Assembly: GCF_000281045.1 (NCBI RefSeq)
Contig: NW_008246081.1
Span: forward strand, 241,838-305,837
DNA from: Saprolegnia diclina VS20
Taxonomy: Eukaryota
Direction of reading: 5' to 3'
DNA length: 64,000 bases
Shown: in pieces, positions 25,490 through 37,778 of the stretch
Layout of the letters: each line of letters begins with the position of its first letter
Numbering within the stretch: the stretch's first letter is position 1
Position numbers and translations under genes: made by a program
Notes under the pieces: model-generated
The model's database searches: none
The model's input: only the letters and a program-made list of their open reading frames with translations
What the model was told of the DNA's origin: nothing

Positions 25490-25924
25490 CTATTTGTCTA
25501 CAACGCGGAGGCCCATCGACTTGGCCGAGCCGATGATGTTTTTGCACAAGCTCTCGAGCTCAATGTAATCCAGCAGCTCGTCCTGCTGCTTGACCTTGGC
25601 GATCTCATAGATATGGCGAAGCGAAACCTGGCCGACCTCCTTCTGGCCCGTGAGCTCCGAGCCGCTCGTGACCTGCGCCGCCTTCTTCAGGAACCACGTC
25701 GTCGGCGGCGTCTTGATCGTGTACGAGAACGTACGGTCGTTCATGGCCGTGAGCTGGACGGGCACCGGGATGCTGGGCGTCAAGTGCGCCGTGCGGTCGT
25801 TGAACGAGCGGCAGAACTCCATCATGTTGACACCGAGCGGACCGAGGGCCTGACCGATGGCAGGCGACGGTGCGGCCTTGCCGGCGGCGACGCGGAGACG
25901 GACGACACCCTTGACGGCAGACAT
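25490..25924 (-). CDS. MRPL11: Mitochondrial ribosomal protein uL11
   Basis: AGKAAPSPAIGQALGPLGVNMMEFC, KTPPTTWFLKKAA, IIGSAKSMG. Confidence 0.96.
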   Translation of the reverse strand: MSAVKGVVRLRVAAGKAAPSPAIGQALGPLGVNMMEFCRSFNDRTAHLTPSIPVPVQLTAMNDRTFSYTIKTPPTTWFLKKAAQVTSGSELTGQKEVGQVSLRHIYEIAKVKQQDELLDYIELESLCKNIIGSAKSMGLRVVDK

Positions 25925-26304
25925 CGCTTTCTTCTTGATGAATGGACCGTGGCAGGCCAAGGAATGGTTTCGCCGCCTGTCATTGGTCGTTTCTAGATGC
26001 ACGTCATTGGCCAAAATCCAAACAATGCAGCCAATCAATCGTCCCAGCCAGTGCAAAAACAGGATATAGTGTACATTTCAAGTCGATACTGTCCGCGCAC
26101 GAGGGAATGACCGACCGACAAAAGCGCTGCGCACACCCCGCACGCTTATAGCGCAAAAGTGCATTACTCGGCGGCGCTGCATTTGAGAGCCCTCAAAGGC
26201 TAACACACGCGGCGTGACCATCATTTAACACTATTTAAGAACGTTGCATGTCAGGATTTTTAAAAAACGAAATACTGCGATTTTAAAACCGCGTTGCCAG
26301 CACG

Positions 26305-27293
26305 ATGGCCGACGCGCCCGACTTCTTCAGCGGCCGCGGGCTGCAGTTCACGGACGACGGTGCGCCCACTTCGCTTGGTGCGCGACGCCACAGCCTCTTC
26401 GTAGTCTTCAAGTCTGTCGAGTCGTACATTGAAGACGGCGCGCAGCAGCTGGAGCGCAAGCTCGTGCAATCCAAGGGCACGGTGGTCACGAACGCCGAGG
26501 CCCAGTCGATCCACAACGTACGACGCCTCTCGCTACACGGCTGAGCCTTGCGTAGGGCACGAGCGAGTACATGCAGCTCGTGAGCCGGTCGTTCACCAAG
26601 AACTTTGACAAGTTTGAGCTCTACATCCTCCGCAATGTGTTCGTGGCGCCGGCCGACATTGCCGAGATCCAGCAAAAGTACCAGCACGAAGTCGACGCGA
26701 GCTTTACGGACGCAGCGCAGTGGAGCGAGGCCGACGTGAGTGCGCTCGAGCTCGAGTTGCACCAGCTCCGCCAGCAGATCCAAACCGCGACCTTGAAGCA
26801 GGAGCAATTGCACGCCGCGCAGGTCGCCCTCGACGCGCAAGTCACCAACGTCGACGAGCTCTGCCGCAGCCTGCAGTTTACAGAGGGCATGTCGGAAACC
26901 GGTAGGTCCAAGCTAGAGTCGCCATGCACTTACGGCTCGGTTCTCATCCTCTTGCTTGTAGTCGCACCGTTCACCCATCAAATGGTGTCGTCGGCGACGG
27001 GTCTTCGGGACGTGATCGGCACCATGCGCGGTTCGTAGCACAGAGGAGCCCATCGTGTCCTTATGATCTGCTTAGAGCTGCACCATCAGCTGCACACGGC
27101 CCCCGGGCGGCGAAGCGATGTGCCGTCAACGACCATTGACCCCTACGGTAGACGGGCCAAATTCGATGTCGCTGCTCAACGCTGCCTTGTAGACGACGTC
27201 GCGGCTCAATTTGCGAGCCATCGCGCCGCCGTGCGCATCTCGTCTGTGGACGACGTGGCGCAGGTCCAAGCGCGGCTGCAGTCCTCCGCGTAG
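26305..27293 (+). CDS. MIS12: Kinetochore protein Mis12-like (multi-exon)
   Basis: N-terminal FF..F.DDV motif, NFDKFELYILRNVF.P signature followed by a coiled coil; four short GT-AG introns. Confidence 0.8.
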
Positions 27294-27336
27294 AATTTGT
27301 GCACAAAATAGTCTTGTCTAGCAAATCTCGTATTTC

Positions 27337-28815
27337 TTACGCGTCTTGAACGCTGCCTTCCAGAAGCGTATGGCGGTGGAGTAAGATCTGGTTGAGAAAC
27401 TCCGTGAACGACGACACTTCAAGCGTGAGGACGAAGAACGAGACGATGTACTCGAGGATGCCAAAGACAAAGAGGAGCGTCAGGAGCCCATAGCCCATGT
27501 ACCAAAAGGCGTTGGAGAGCGTGTGGCTGTACAGCACCATGCCGATGCCGCCAAGCAGCACGGCAAAGAGACTCCCAAAGGCCCGCGTCAAGTGCGTGAA
27601 GCGCGCTTCGACCGTCTGCGCCTTCCCCGTCTCGAGCTCCCGGAGAATGTCGTTGAGACACGCAATTGCCGTCGACGGCGTCGCTGCCGGCAAGGCCACG
27701 GACGACACAGCGTGTGGCTGCTTGCGGTTGCGCAACCCGGACGGTTCGCCGGCCGGGACCTTTTCGCTATGCTCGTGAGCGCCATTGTTGTTGTTCTCGT
27801 CGTCGCCGTCGTGCGCCGTGAGCCGAAACTCGGCAAAGACGCCAAAGTGATCCGACAGCGGGAGCTCGTCGCCCTTGGTGTTGGTGAAGAACTCCTTGTA
27901 CACGTTGCTCTCATGCAGCATCCAGCGCTGTGACTTGAAAAGGATGTAGTCCATCCGCATCGGAAACTCACCGGCCGAGAACTCGTTGTCGTCGGTCCCG
28001 AACGTGAGCCCTTCGCAGTCCTTGTTCTTATGGTTGTCGGCGAACGCATCGCGGAGCGCGACAAGATCGCGGACGATCTTGAGCACGAGCGAGTTGGCCG
28101 GCGAGTTGAAGTCGCCGCAGACCATGATGAGCGCGTTGCGCGTCGTCGCTTGGATAAAGGTTGCGAGCTCGTATGCCTGCGCCGCGCGGTGCGAGAGGTA
28201 CAAGTCGCCGGGGCCTGGCGAACCCAAGTGGTTGTAGTTGGCGAGGAGGTGTGTCACGTACAGATCGGCCATCTCGGCGCCGTCCGGACTGTGGACGCGG
28301 AGGATCCCGACGCCCTTGTTGGCGATAAAGTCGGCTTCGTGCAGCGCATACGGCCGGCCCGTCAAGAGGAACGGGTGGTACATGGCCGATGAGAGACGAA
28401 ACTTGGAGAGCACGAGGAGGCCCGTGCCAAATGAGTCGTGGCCGATCGGCAGCGGAAAGCCCACCGCCGGATGAAAGTAGTGCGAGTAGGCAAAGCCCGC
28501 GCGCAGCGCCGCGTGCACGATAATGCGCTTCTCGCGCCGGTGCCAGACTTCTTGGAGCGTGATAATGTCCCAGTCCTTGGCCTTCTCTTCGAGGATCGCA
28601 CCGATCGCTTGGGCGCGCTCGGTGCAATACGGCGTGACTGGGATGCCCCACACGTTCATGGACAAGACGCGGATCTTGGTGGGCGCCGGCGCCGGCGTCG
28701 CGCCGAGAGGCGTCGGCTGGTGGAAGGGCGGCGTCGGCTCCTCCTCGAGGCCCACGGCCAAGAGCTCGAGGAGCACGCGGCTCCGGATGTTGTGCACCGT
28801 CTCGACCACGCCCAT
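27337..28815 (-). CDS. Neutral sphingomyelinase / ISC1-like EEP-family phospholipase C with two C-terminal TM helices
   Basis: VLSMNVWG, LQEVW, GTGLLVLSKF, NKGVG, VTHL, CGDFN, RMDYIL, LSDHFGV. Confidence 0.93.
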   Translation of the reverse strand: MGVVETVHNIRSRVLLELLAVGLEEEPTPPFHQPTPLGATPAPAPTKIRVLSMNVWGIPVTPYCTERAQAIGAILEEKAKDWDIITLQEVWHRREKRIIVHAALRAGFAYSHYFHPAVGFPLPIGHDSFGTGLLVLSKFRLSSAMYHPFLLTGRPYALHEADFIANKGVGILRVHSPDGAEMADLYVTHLLANYNHLGSPGPGDLYLSHRAAQAYELATFIQATTRNALIMVCGDFNSPANSLVLKIVRDLVALRDAFADNHKNKDCEGLTFGTDDNEFSAGEFPMRMDYILFKSQRWMLHESNVYKEFFTNTKGDELPLSDHFGVFAEFRLTAHDGDDENNNNGAHEHSEKVPAGEPSGLRNRKQPHAVSSVALPAATPSTAIACLNDILRELETGKAQTVEARFTHLTRAFGSLFAVLLGGIGMVLYSHTLSNAFWYMGYGLLTLLFVFGILEYIVSFFVLTLEVSSFTEFLNQILLHRHTLLEGSVQDA

Positions 28816-29617
28816 GGCAGCAAGTTTAGCTTTGAAAACGTTCGCCCCGTCAAGTGCGCCGCCGACTTTACCTTGCGACACGTCAGCGGTTTCCGCACTT
28901 AGCCGAGATCACGAAAATAGTGTATCGCATTTTGCGCAACACGTTGGCGCCATGCATAATAGTGTATCATTTCGTGTCGTTTACGATCGGCGGTGGGGCG
29001 CGAGTAACTCGCGTGAGCAAAGGTGTGCGAAGCTGTAGCTTCTCACAGCTATTTGCCCGTGCGACTCCTTTCTTGATCAGCTTGCATTGTATCTATCTTA
29101 GTCGGACTCAGCGCGGTCGATCTCTGGCCCGGATTTGTCGCTCGAAACCGTGGCCTAGCCAACAACAGCTCCCATCGTAAGCGGCGTCTTCGCGAAGACC
29201 GGCGGCGTCGGGACCAGGATGTAGCTTGGTCTGCGCCACCTGGTGCCTTCGCTGCAACGATTTCAAATCGGAATAGCGACGCCAAATCTAGGTTCGACAC
29301 ACTGTACTAGTACTGGGTGCACCCGGGACCCTCGAAACGTCATGACCGAATGAGAAGGCGCAGTAGCATGAAACGTTTTGGTGGCGGCTGCTCTCAATGC
29401 TAGTTGCTGCAAGAATGTGTCTCTCCACAACATTCTGTTTGAGACATTTCTTAAATTCTGTTTGACATACAGTGTTTTGATTGGCAAAGACTTCGTGTGG
29501 CATCTCGAACGTGCCATTCGGTCCAGCACGCCAACCGGTTTCAGCTAACCGTGACGCGTGCGCGCGTTTTGATTGGTTGATTCCACGCGGCGACCGTGCT
29601 CGGCCATTGTTATCGTG

Positions 29618-31931
29618 ATGCTGTCCTTCCGCCTACGGTCCGGCGTCCGCCCGTCCGTGGCTCTGCGCTACCGCGCCCGCAGCGACCGGCAAGGACTTGT
29701 TCCGGCGCTCTTCCGCGCCCACTCATCGCTCCATGCGCCGTCGGAGAAGGAGGCGCCGGCCGAGGCGAAGCCAGCGTCCAAGCTCTCCGAGTTTCGCCGG
29801 CTCATGCAACTGTACGAGCCCGAGAAGAAGAACCTCGCCATCTCGCTCTCTGCGCTCGGCCTCTCGACCGCAATTACGATGACCGTGCCGTTCGGCATGG
29901 GCAAGATCATCGACGTCGTGACGCAACCAGGCGGCGTCGAGATGCTGCCGACGGTCTCGGCCGCGCTTGGCGGTCTCTTCCTTGTTGGCGCCGCGACCAA
30001 CGTCGTGCGCATCAACATGATGAACATGATTGGCGAGCGCATCTCCAACAAGCTGCGCCAAGACACGTACGCGTCGATCTTGCGCCAAGACATGACGTTC
30101 TTCGACAAGACCAAGACCGGCGAGCTCCTCAACCGCCTCAGCGCGGGTTCGTTACGACCGCACATGATCTTGTCTTCTCACGTACAACCGTAGATACCGC
30201 GCTTATCGGCAAGGTGCTCAGTGACAACGTCTCGGGCGGTACGTCCGACTGCTTCATCTAGACCGATTTCCAAGCGAAATACATAGGCTTTCGCAGCATT
30301 GGCCAAGGCATTGGCAGCGTCACGATGCTCTTTGTCACGTGCCCAAAGCTCGGCCTTGTCATGCTGACGATCGTCCCGCCGCTGGCGCTGGGGGCTGTCT
30401 CGTACGGCCGGTACGTCAAGAAGCTCACGGCCGAAGTGCAGAAGCAGCTCAGCGATGCAACCGACCTCGCCGAAGAGCGCCTCAACAACATTCGCGTTGT
30501 GCGCTGGTACCGCCGCTCTCAGCTTCCTATTCATCTTATCCTGCGGACCCTAGGTTTGCCAAGGAGGAGCACGAGACGACGGCGCACGAAGCCAAAATTG
30601 CTGGCATTCTGAACCTCGCGCAGAAGCGGTCGCTCGCGAGCTCGACGTTCTTTGGCGCGGTGGACTTTTCCGTCAAGATGAGCATGCTCGCGGTGCTCGG
30701 CTACGGCGGCTCCATGGTCGCCGAGGAGGCACTCACGGTCGGCGAGCTCAGCTCGTTCTTGATGTACACGCTCTACGTGGGCTTTTCGTTTGCCGGCGTC
30801 TCGTCCTTCTACTCAGGTATATACACACGTACACGGGTAGTATCTCATGCAAAAACTGTAGACATCATGAAGGGCATTGGCGCGTCCACGCGTGTCTTTG
30901 AGCTCGTGGACCGGGCGCCGCAGGTGATTACGGCGGTGTCGCCCGAGCCGTTGCCGACCAACCTCCAAGGCAACATTGAGTTTCAAAATGTCTCGTTTCA
31001 CTATCCCGCGCGCCCCGAGGCCCAGATTTTCGAGAAGCTGAATCTCACAGTCCGGCCGCACGAGACGCTTGCGGTCGTCGGGCCGAGCGGCTGCGGCAAG
31101 AGCACCGTCATGGCGCTCCTCGCCCGCTTCTACGAGCTCAACGGCGGTAGACACAATGTCCCCAAAGGTCGTCGACTCATCTCTTGGATCGCTTAGCGGG
31201 GTGCGGTGGCCGCATCTTGATTGACGGCGTCGACGTTGCCAACATGGACCCGCTCGCACTCCGCAGCATCATTGGCACAGTACGCCACACCTACGTTGTA
31301 GAACGGTGCGCGCATTTTCTCTTGTAGGTGAGCCAAGAGCCGCCGCTCTTTGGCGCGACGATTGCTGAAAACATTGCTTATGGCTTGACGGCCGACGACG
31401 ACGTGTCACTCGACCGCATCATCGAGGCGGCCAAGCAAGCAAATGCGCACGACTTTATCATGTCGCTGCCCAACCAGTACGACACGCACGTCGGCAGCAA
31501 GGGCTTGTCGCTCTCGGGCGGCCAAAAGCAGCGCGTCGCGATCGCGCGGGCGCTCGTCAAGAACCCGCGCATTCTGCTCATGGACGAAGCCACGTCGGCG
31601 CTGGACCAGGAGAGCGAACGGCTCGTCCAAGACGCGATCGACAAGTACGTGCCCTTGTTTTGCGCAGCGCTATCTGGTGTTGACGCGGCGTAGGGCCAAG
31701 ATGGACCGCACTGTCATCTTGATTTCGCACCGCCTCTCGAGCATTCGCAGCGCGGACCGCATTGCCGTCATCTCGGGCGGTCGCGTCGTCGAAGAGGTAG
31801 CGTCCCTACGCATCGTACATGCGCTCATGCTGACGTCGTAGGGCACGTTTACGGAGCTCGCGCAGCACCACGACAGTGTGTTCACCCAAGTCGTCTTGCG
31901 CGGTGGCAACGACCTCGAGTCGCTCTCGTAG
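29618..31931 (+). CDS. ABCB10: Mitochondrial ABC half-transporter, ABCB10/Mdl1-like (about 9 exons)
   Basis: Transit peptide; [25 protein letters not shown], Walker [33 protein letters not shown]. Confidence 0.92.
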
Positions 31932-32048
31932 ACGACAACTTGTACATAAACAGGCGACATAGACGCACAAGCTTTCCACTTGCAGGCTCTTGGAGCATCC
32001 CTCACGACTGTATCAAGTTGAAATATGGATATTACTGCGGTATATTTT

Positions 32049-35000
32049 CTACGTGGCTGCTGTTGGACGACATACGACAAGGTACGTCACTGCGCCGACG
32101 CCGGGTGTCCCGTCGAGGGCGAGAACCTCTTGGAGAGCAAGGCTTGCGACACGACGCAGTGCGCCGACCCCACAGTACATGGTGGGCATCGCTGCCACGT
32201 TTGCGTCCAAAACGACTCGAATGCGGCGCTGCTGGCGCAGTCCCAGCGGGCCAATGCAGCCGCGCGGATAGCCAAACACATGCAGTAGTTCCTACGCGCC
32301 ATGAGACGGAGGCTTATATGGGCGAACGTACGGCGTCGGTCGCGAGCGCGAGGTGGCCGGCGTCGACGCCCAGCGCGTCGGCCAGTGCCGTCGTATCGAT
32401 GGTCTTTTCAAGCTCCAACACGACGGCGACATACGCAGTGGCTTCCGACGTGACGGCGAAAGCCACCGTCTTGACGATCGCGCTTCTCTCGAGCACCGAG
32501 GCGGCGTCCACGACCGTGAACGCAAGGCGCAGCGCCGTAAGGGCAGTCACAACATTGCTCTCTTGTAGAAACGGAACTAGACACCAACGTCAGCACTGCG
32601 ACAGGCCATCGTCTGTGTACCGAGGTCGCGGCGGTCTTCGCGAATCAAGAGGCGACGGAGAAGACGCGCGGGCATGGTCACGGGCGCCGACGTGAGGTGG
32701 TTTTCGCTGCGCAGCGTGAGCACATCGGCGAGGAAGAAGAGCGCCAAGAGACGCACCGCGACGGCGTCCAGCGCTGCGTACTCGATTTGAGCCTACACCA
32801 GCATGAACGCTGCAACGTATCACAAATATTACGAACCAGCGTCAATGGCCGCACGCTCCAGTCGGAGCACTGCTGGTCCTTCTCCATCGTGAGATGTAGG
32901 CACACGCTCGCATAGGTCGCGAGGCCCCACGTCGCTGCTGCCGACTCGGTCGGGAGCCGAAGCAGCGCGAGCTTGCGCAGCTCGAGGCAGTTGGTCGTGT
33001 ACGGGCAGACGCGGTCCATCACACTTGCGTACGTTGCTCGGAGCTTCTGCACGTCGCCCGCAAAGCAAAACCCGACGAGCAACAGACTCGGCGAGCCAAA
33101 GAGCACCGAACAGAGCTCTTCCATGAGCAAGAGCCCGTTGTTTGAACCGGCTGCGTCCAGTGCCATGGTGTCCAGGATGTACACGGCATCCGGGACGGCG
33201 AGCTGCAGCACCTGCACACGCTCGTTATCGGTGGCTGTCTCGTCGGCGTGCTGGCGCGGTCGCCACTCGCAGTCGACGCCGATTACGTGGTAGGAACCGT
33301 CGCGCACGAGGCGTTCGAGGTGCTCACGCAGCGCCCCGAAGGCGTCCGGCGTATCGACCAAGTGCACAGCGTCGAGAGCGCGGTGGACGGCGGGCTGGAG
33401 CAGAGCGCAGTGCGCTTTAGCGTCAAAAAGTGGCATCTCGGACGCCGCCTCGTCGGGTCGATGGGGCGACAGGAGCGCGAGGCCAGCGCCAAACCGCCGC
33501 GCAATCTTTGTCGGCAGCGAATGGCAGGTTGCAATGCACGAGACGAGCCGAGGTGTGCGCTCGCCAGTGCTGTCGAGCGCCACTTGCGCGTCAAAGAAGG
33601 CTTCCGCGTTAAAGTAGTCGGCGTGCTCCAGCATTGCGCTGAGAATGTTTATGACAGCCGCGTCGGTCCTACCGTGCATTAGCGCCCAGCACAGCAATGG
33701 TGCAGAAGACGTACCGAGGCAGCCGATACAAGGCGCAGAGGTCCACGGCAGCGGCGTTCCAGCGCGGGTGGGCGGCGGCCACCAGGGTGTGCACGGCACG
33801 TTGAAGCGTCTCGACCGGGACACTCGACGGGTCTGCAGAAGCGCCGAGCAGCCCCATCCCTTTGGCGCACAGCCGAATGCACCACCAGCGCTCGCGCAAG
33901 TCCAGCTGTGCATGCAAAAAGGTCTCGAGGCGCAACGCCGACGCCGCTTCGTGGGTCGTCCGCACCGCACTGTAGGCTTCGAGCACCAAGTGGCCCATGC
34001 GTAGCGTGTCTTTTGAGTCGTCGCTGCCTTGGACAAGCGCGATGACGCAGTCGACGAGGCGGGAAGGCATGGATTCCGCAGCTTGCAAGTAGCTCATGAG
34101 CACCGCCTTGATTGTTGCGTAGCTAAAGCTATGCGCAACCAGGTGGCTTTGCAACGCCATTAACAGCTCGGCCGGCGTCGACGGAAGGTCGTGCAAATGC
34201 AGCTGTCGCTTCTTGGCCGACGGCACGTCGTGCTTGAGCCGGACGCCGTCGCCCGTCATGCCCCGGCGCTGCTCGTACTCGCGCCCACCGGCAGCGTCTT
34301 TGGACTTCCGGCGCTTGTACTGGAGCGCGTTGGCCATGAGCGGCGACGGATCAAAACTGGGATCCATCACGAACCCGCGCGAGACTTCGTCGCCAGACGC
34401 ATCGACCTCGGCGACAAGCACAGCGTTCTCCGACTTGTCAAAGTGAGCAGCAAGATGCGTAAGAAGCTGCTGCACCGAGAGAAGGTCGACGCGATCGAGG
34501 CCCATGAGTTCGTCTCTTGGCAGGTACAGCGACCCATCGCCCTCACGGAAGGCGACGACGGGCGCGAGCCAGCGCATCTTGGGGAGGATGGCAAAGGTGT
34601 GCTTGGGCGACGTCGTCCGCGGGAGGTCGGAGGATGGCGCCGACGTCCACCACCCGCGCCGATGATCGAGAGCCAGACCTTCGCACAACGGAATGCGTTG
34701 CACGTCAAAGGTCGATGCGAGCGTCGTGAGCGGATAGAAGAGCGCGCCTTTTAGCACCATGTACGAGGTGGGCGCCATGGATGCTTCTGGGAGCTCAAAG
34801 TGCGACGCCATCCAGCGACGCACGGCCTCGCCCTTGCTCATGCTCAGCTTGCGCTCGATTTCGATCGCTCGCCACGCGAGGTTCTCGCCCAAGTGCGGCC
34901 CGACAAAGTGTTCGAGCTGGTATGGCGGCCCGTGGCAGAGCAGAAAGTACTTGATGGACGCTTCCCAGTGCATCGGCTGCGCACCTTCTTGGCGAAACAC

Positions 35001-35412
35001 AAACTTGAGCTGTCCGACCGTCTGCATCGCATGCTTCTCGTTGCACACGAGCTGCTGCCCGACCGCGAGGCGCTCGACGCGCCACGATGGGCAAAAGCGC
35101 AGCCAGTACTCGAGGAGGCCGGCATAGTAGACGCCAAGGGCAAGCGAGTTGGCGTCCCGGCGCTTCTCTACTTAGACGCGTGTCGATCAATGAAGTTGCA
35201 TGCATCGTCGTACGGAAGAGAAAGGCCACGAGCGGCGCTGGGTCGGCGTCCAGGGCCGCTAGCCATGCGAGCGTCGACGGCTGCGCAAGGACGTCGTCGG
35301 ACATGGACGCAGGCAAGACGCCCAGCTCCTCGGACAGCAGGTGAGGGCTCGCCATGGCCCAGAGCAGGTCATGGACCACCTTGGACGTGTACCCGCGCAA
35401 GGACGACTTCAT
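32049..35412 (-). CDS. Multidomain protein: DUF1853 + helical linker + DEDDy 3'-5' exonuclease + YbaK/ProX-like domain (6 exons)
   Basis: Introns about 35171-35213, 33669-33714, 32794-32837, 32577-32620 and 32292-32331 give one frame. DUF1853-like motifs: HDLLWAMASP, LGVYYAGLLEYWL, HWEASIKYFL, FVGP, KGALFYP, HRRGWW. Exonuclease motifs: DCEW, FAGD, SDWSVRPLT..QIEYAALDA. YbaK motifs: IVKTV, GYPRGCIGPLG, VVLD, YCGVG. Confidence 0.82.
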
Positions 35413-36062
35413 CTTGTGCCCAAAATGTGCACACAGTATCCGGCAGGACGGAATATCCGGATGCGATCTCGATCTTGAGCGGTCGCGGTGCGTGTGCTTG
35501 CAGCCTCAGCGCTGGCACTTGCGAGCGACAGCACTCCCGAGACCACCGAGAATCAATTGGCGAGAGGGTCCTCCCTCAACATGCAAGGCAACAGCACATT
35601 GCGCCGCGAGAATAAGCATCCCGTAGCAGCCCGCAGGAATCGGTCTACAGCGCCGAGCCCCAACCCTGGTCCGACGGACGTTACTAGGTGGCACCTCGAG
35701 TAGTTGCGAGTCTCGGGATCAGCGAGTACGTGGAGCGCTCCTTCTTCCGGGTCAAGTCGAGATGCGACGAATCATCGCCACGGCGTCGCTGGATGATGGC
35801 GTGATCGCGGGTCGGCTGCTAGACACGCGCAGCTCATCACATTGTCATATTCTTATCCGGATGGCGCCTGGCTGCCATTCAAATTGCGCAGGCTGGTGCA
35901 ATGGCGCGTTCGGATTGGCTCGTCGCGTGGCCTTGTGGGCGCGGATATTAATTTCGAGAGGTTTGCTCGGTGACACCGCGTGCGCGGTCATCATCTTCCT
36001 TTCAGCCGTCGTGCCGGACGAAGATCAGTCGTACGCGCTTGGACGTCGTCGTAGAGCCGAAA

Positions 36063-37778
36063 ATGACGTTTACGCCCGTCGCCAACCAAGACGCGCTCTC
36101 GGTGCAAAACCCGAGCCGACATGTCGCAGTCGTCGACATCGTCGACGCGATCGGCGAGAGTGTGCAGGAGGCGCTCCGCCGCGTCGTGATGGCCTACGGT
36201 CGCGACTGCGCCGTTGACTGCAATGTACCGTCCGACGTGGAGACTCGATTGGCCGCTGCCGAAGCTGCCAAGGCGGCGGCCGACGAGAAGGTGGCACTGC
36301 AGTCACTCTTGATCAAGAAGCTCAAGCAGGAGCTCGTGCGCGAACGGACAGTGGCGTTCGAACTGCAAAAGGACCGCGTCGCACCGCCCGCACCGGCAGT
36401 GAATGCAGGACTGAAGGACGAACAGGGCCGCCCGAGCGTCGACGCGTCGGCGGCCACCAGCGCCGCCGACCCGTGGGACTCGCCACCCAAGCCGTTTGAG
36501 ACCAAACCGCCCACCGCGCCGGGACTCCTTGGGTTTCGCTTCTACTCGGCCACGCCCGTCACTGACGATGACGACGATGCGGAGCAAGACCCGCAGGCGT
36601 CGCCGTCGCCGCTCTCGACGTCGTTGCGCAACAGCAACATGGGCCAGTTCCTCCCGTCCTCGCTCTTGGACTCGCCGTGCGTCATGCCGGCGACGGCCGC
36701 GACGATGCATTCGGCACTGCTCACCAAGTTGCCGACGGCCGACGCGTTTTCGCTCGACGGCGCCAAGCCCGACGCCGAGGCGAAGGACCGGTCGTCCTTG
36801 AGCAGCCGGCGCACGACGAGCAACAGCTCTAACGATGACTCGGTGGACAGCGACGACAGCAGCGCGAGCAGCAACAACAGTACGCTCAGTATGCTTCAGG
36901 AGCTTTTCGATGGCATCAGCCTCGACGACCTCCAGGACGCTCTGCGCGCGAGCAACGGCGAGGTTGCCAAGACCATGGATTACCTTTTAAAGCACCACGC
37001 GTCGCTCAAGCCCAGTGTGGCGCCGCTGCCGGCGGCCAAGCCCGAGTTTCGCGCTGCGAGCAGCAACTGGAAGACCGAGATGTGCATGTACTACCTCCAA
37101 GGCAAGTGCAACAAGACCCGGCGGACGTGCTCGTTTGCGCACGGCGAGTCGGACCTCGTCCGCAACCCGAACGTTAGCGCCGCGAACAACGCGACGGCGG
37201 TCAGCGCCAAGGTGCCGGCGGCGACCACGCCGGTCTACAAGACGCGCCTGTGCCCACTGTACCTTGAGGGCCAGTGCCCGAAGGCGCGACGCGAGTGCCT
37301 CCTCGCGCACGGCGAGAGCGACTTGGTGTTTCGCGAGCCGCCATCCCAGAGCGTTGTCAACGTGGCGCCATTGCCGCTGCCCAACCCCGCGCCGCGCCTC
37401 CAAAACTACAAGACGGAGCTGTGCTACTACTTCCTCAAGGGCTGCTGCAACTACTCGACGGACGAGTGCCGGTTCGCGCACGGCGAGGCCGACCTCCGCA
37501 CGGTCGAGAGCAACACGATCGAGTGGGGCGCTATGGACGCGACGATGCTACTGCAAGGCAGCACGCTCGAGTACCAGCTGCAGTACCAGCAGCAAGCGCC
37601 GCACCACCACCACCACCACCACATGCACCCGACGCCGCCGCCACCGCCGCCGTCCACGTACCGCTACATGGTCAAGGACGAGATGGCCAAGCGCCGCGTG
37701 ACGCTGCCGGCGCGCCGCGACAGCCTCAACCACCTCCCGACGCCGCCGCAGTGGTCGACGCCCGCGTACGACTACTAA
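36063..37778 (+). CDS. CCCH zinc-finger protein (3 fingers) with coiled coil and CUE-like domain
   Basis: WKTEMC..C..CSFAHG, YKTRLC..C..CLLAHG, YKTELC..C..CRFAHG; LQELFDG...LRASNGEVAKTMDYLL (CUE-like). Confidence 0.9.
   Translation: MTFTPVANQDALSVQNPSRHVAVVDIVDAIGESVQEALRRVVMAYGRDCAVDCNVPSDVETRLAAAEAAKAAADEKVALQSLLIKKLKQELVRERTVAFELQKDRVAPPAPAVNAGLKDEQGRPSVDASAATSAADPWDSPPKPFETKPPTAPGLLGFRFYSATPVTDDDDDAEQDPQASPSPLSTSLRNSNMGQFLPSSLLDSPCVMPATAATMHSALLTKLPTADAFSLDGAKPDAEAKDRSSLSSRRTTSNSSNDDSVDSDDSSASSNNSTLSMLQELFDGISLDDLQDALRASNGEVAKTMDYLLKHHASLKPSVAPLPAAKPEFRAASSNWKTEMCMYYLQGKCNKTRRTCSFAHGESDLVRNPNVSAANNATAVSAKVPAATTPVYKTRLCPLYLEGQCPKARRECLLAHGESDLVFREPPSQSVVNVAPLPLPNPAPRLQNYKTELCYYFLKGCCNYSTDECRFAHGEADLRTVESNTIEWGAMDATMLLQGSTLEYQLQYQQQAPHHHHHHHMHPTPPPPPPSTYRYMVKDEMAKRRVTLPARRDSLNHLPTPPQWSTPAYDY

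Noticed and set aside
37604..37652. CAC/CCG trinucleotide runs
   Set aside because: Ordinary poly-His/poly-Pro coding tract within the CCCH gene
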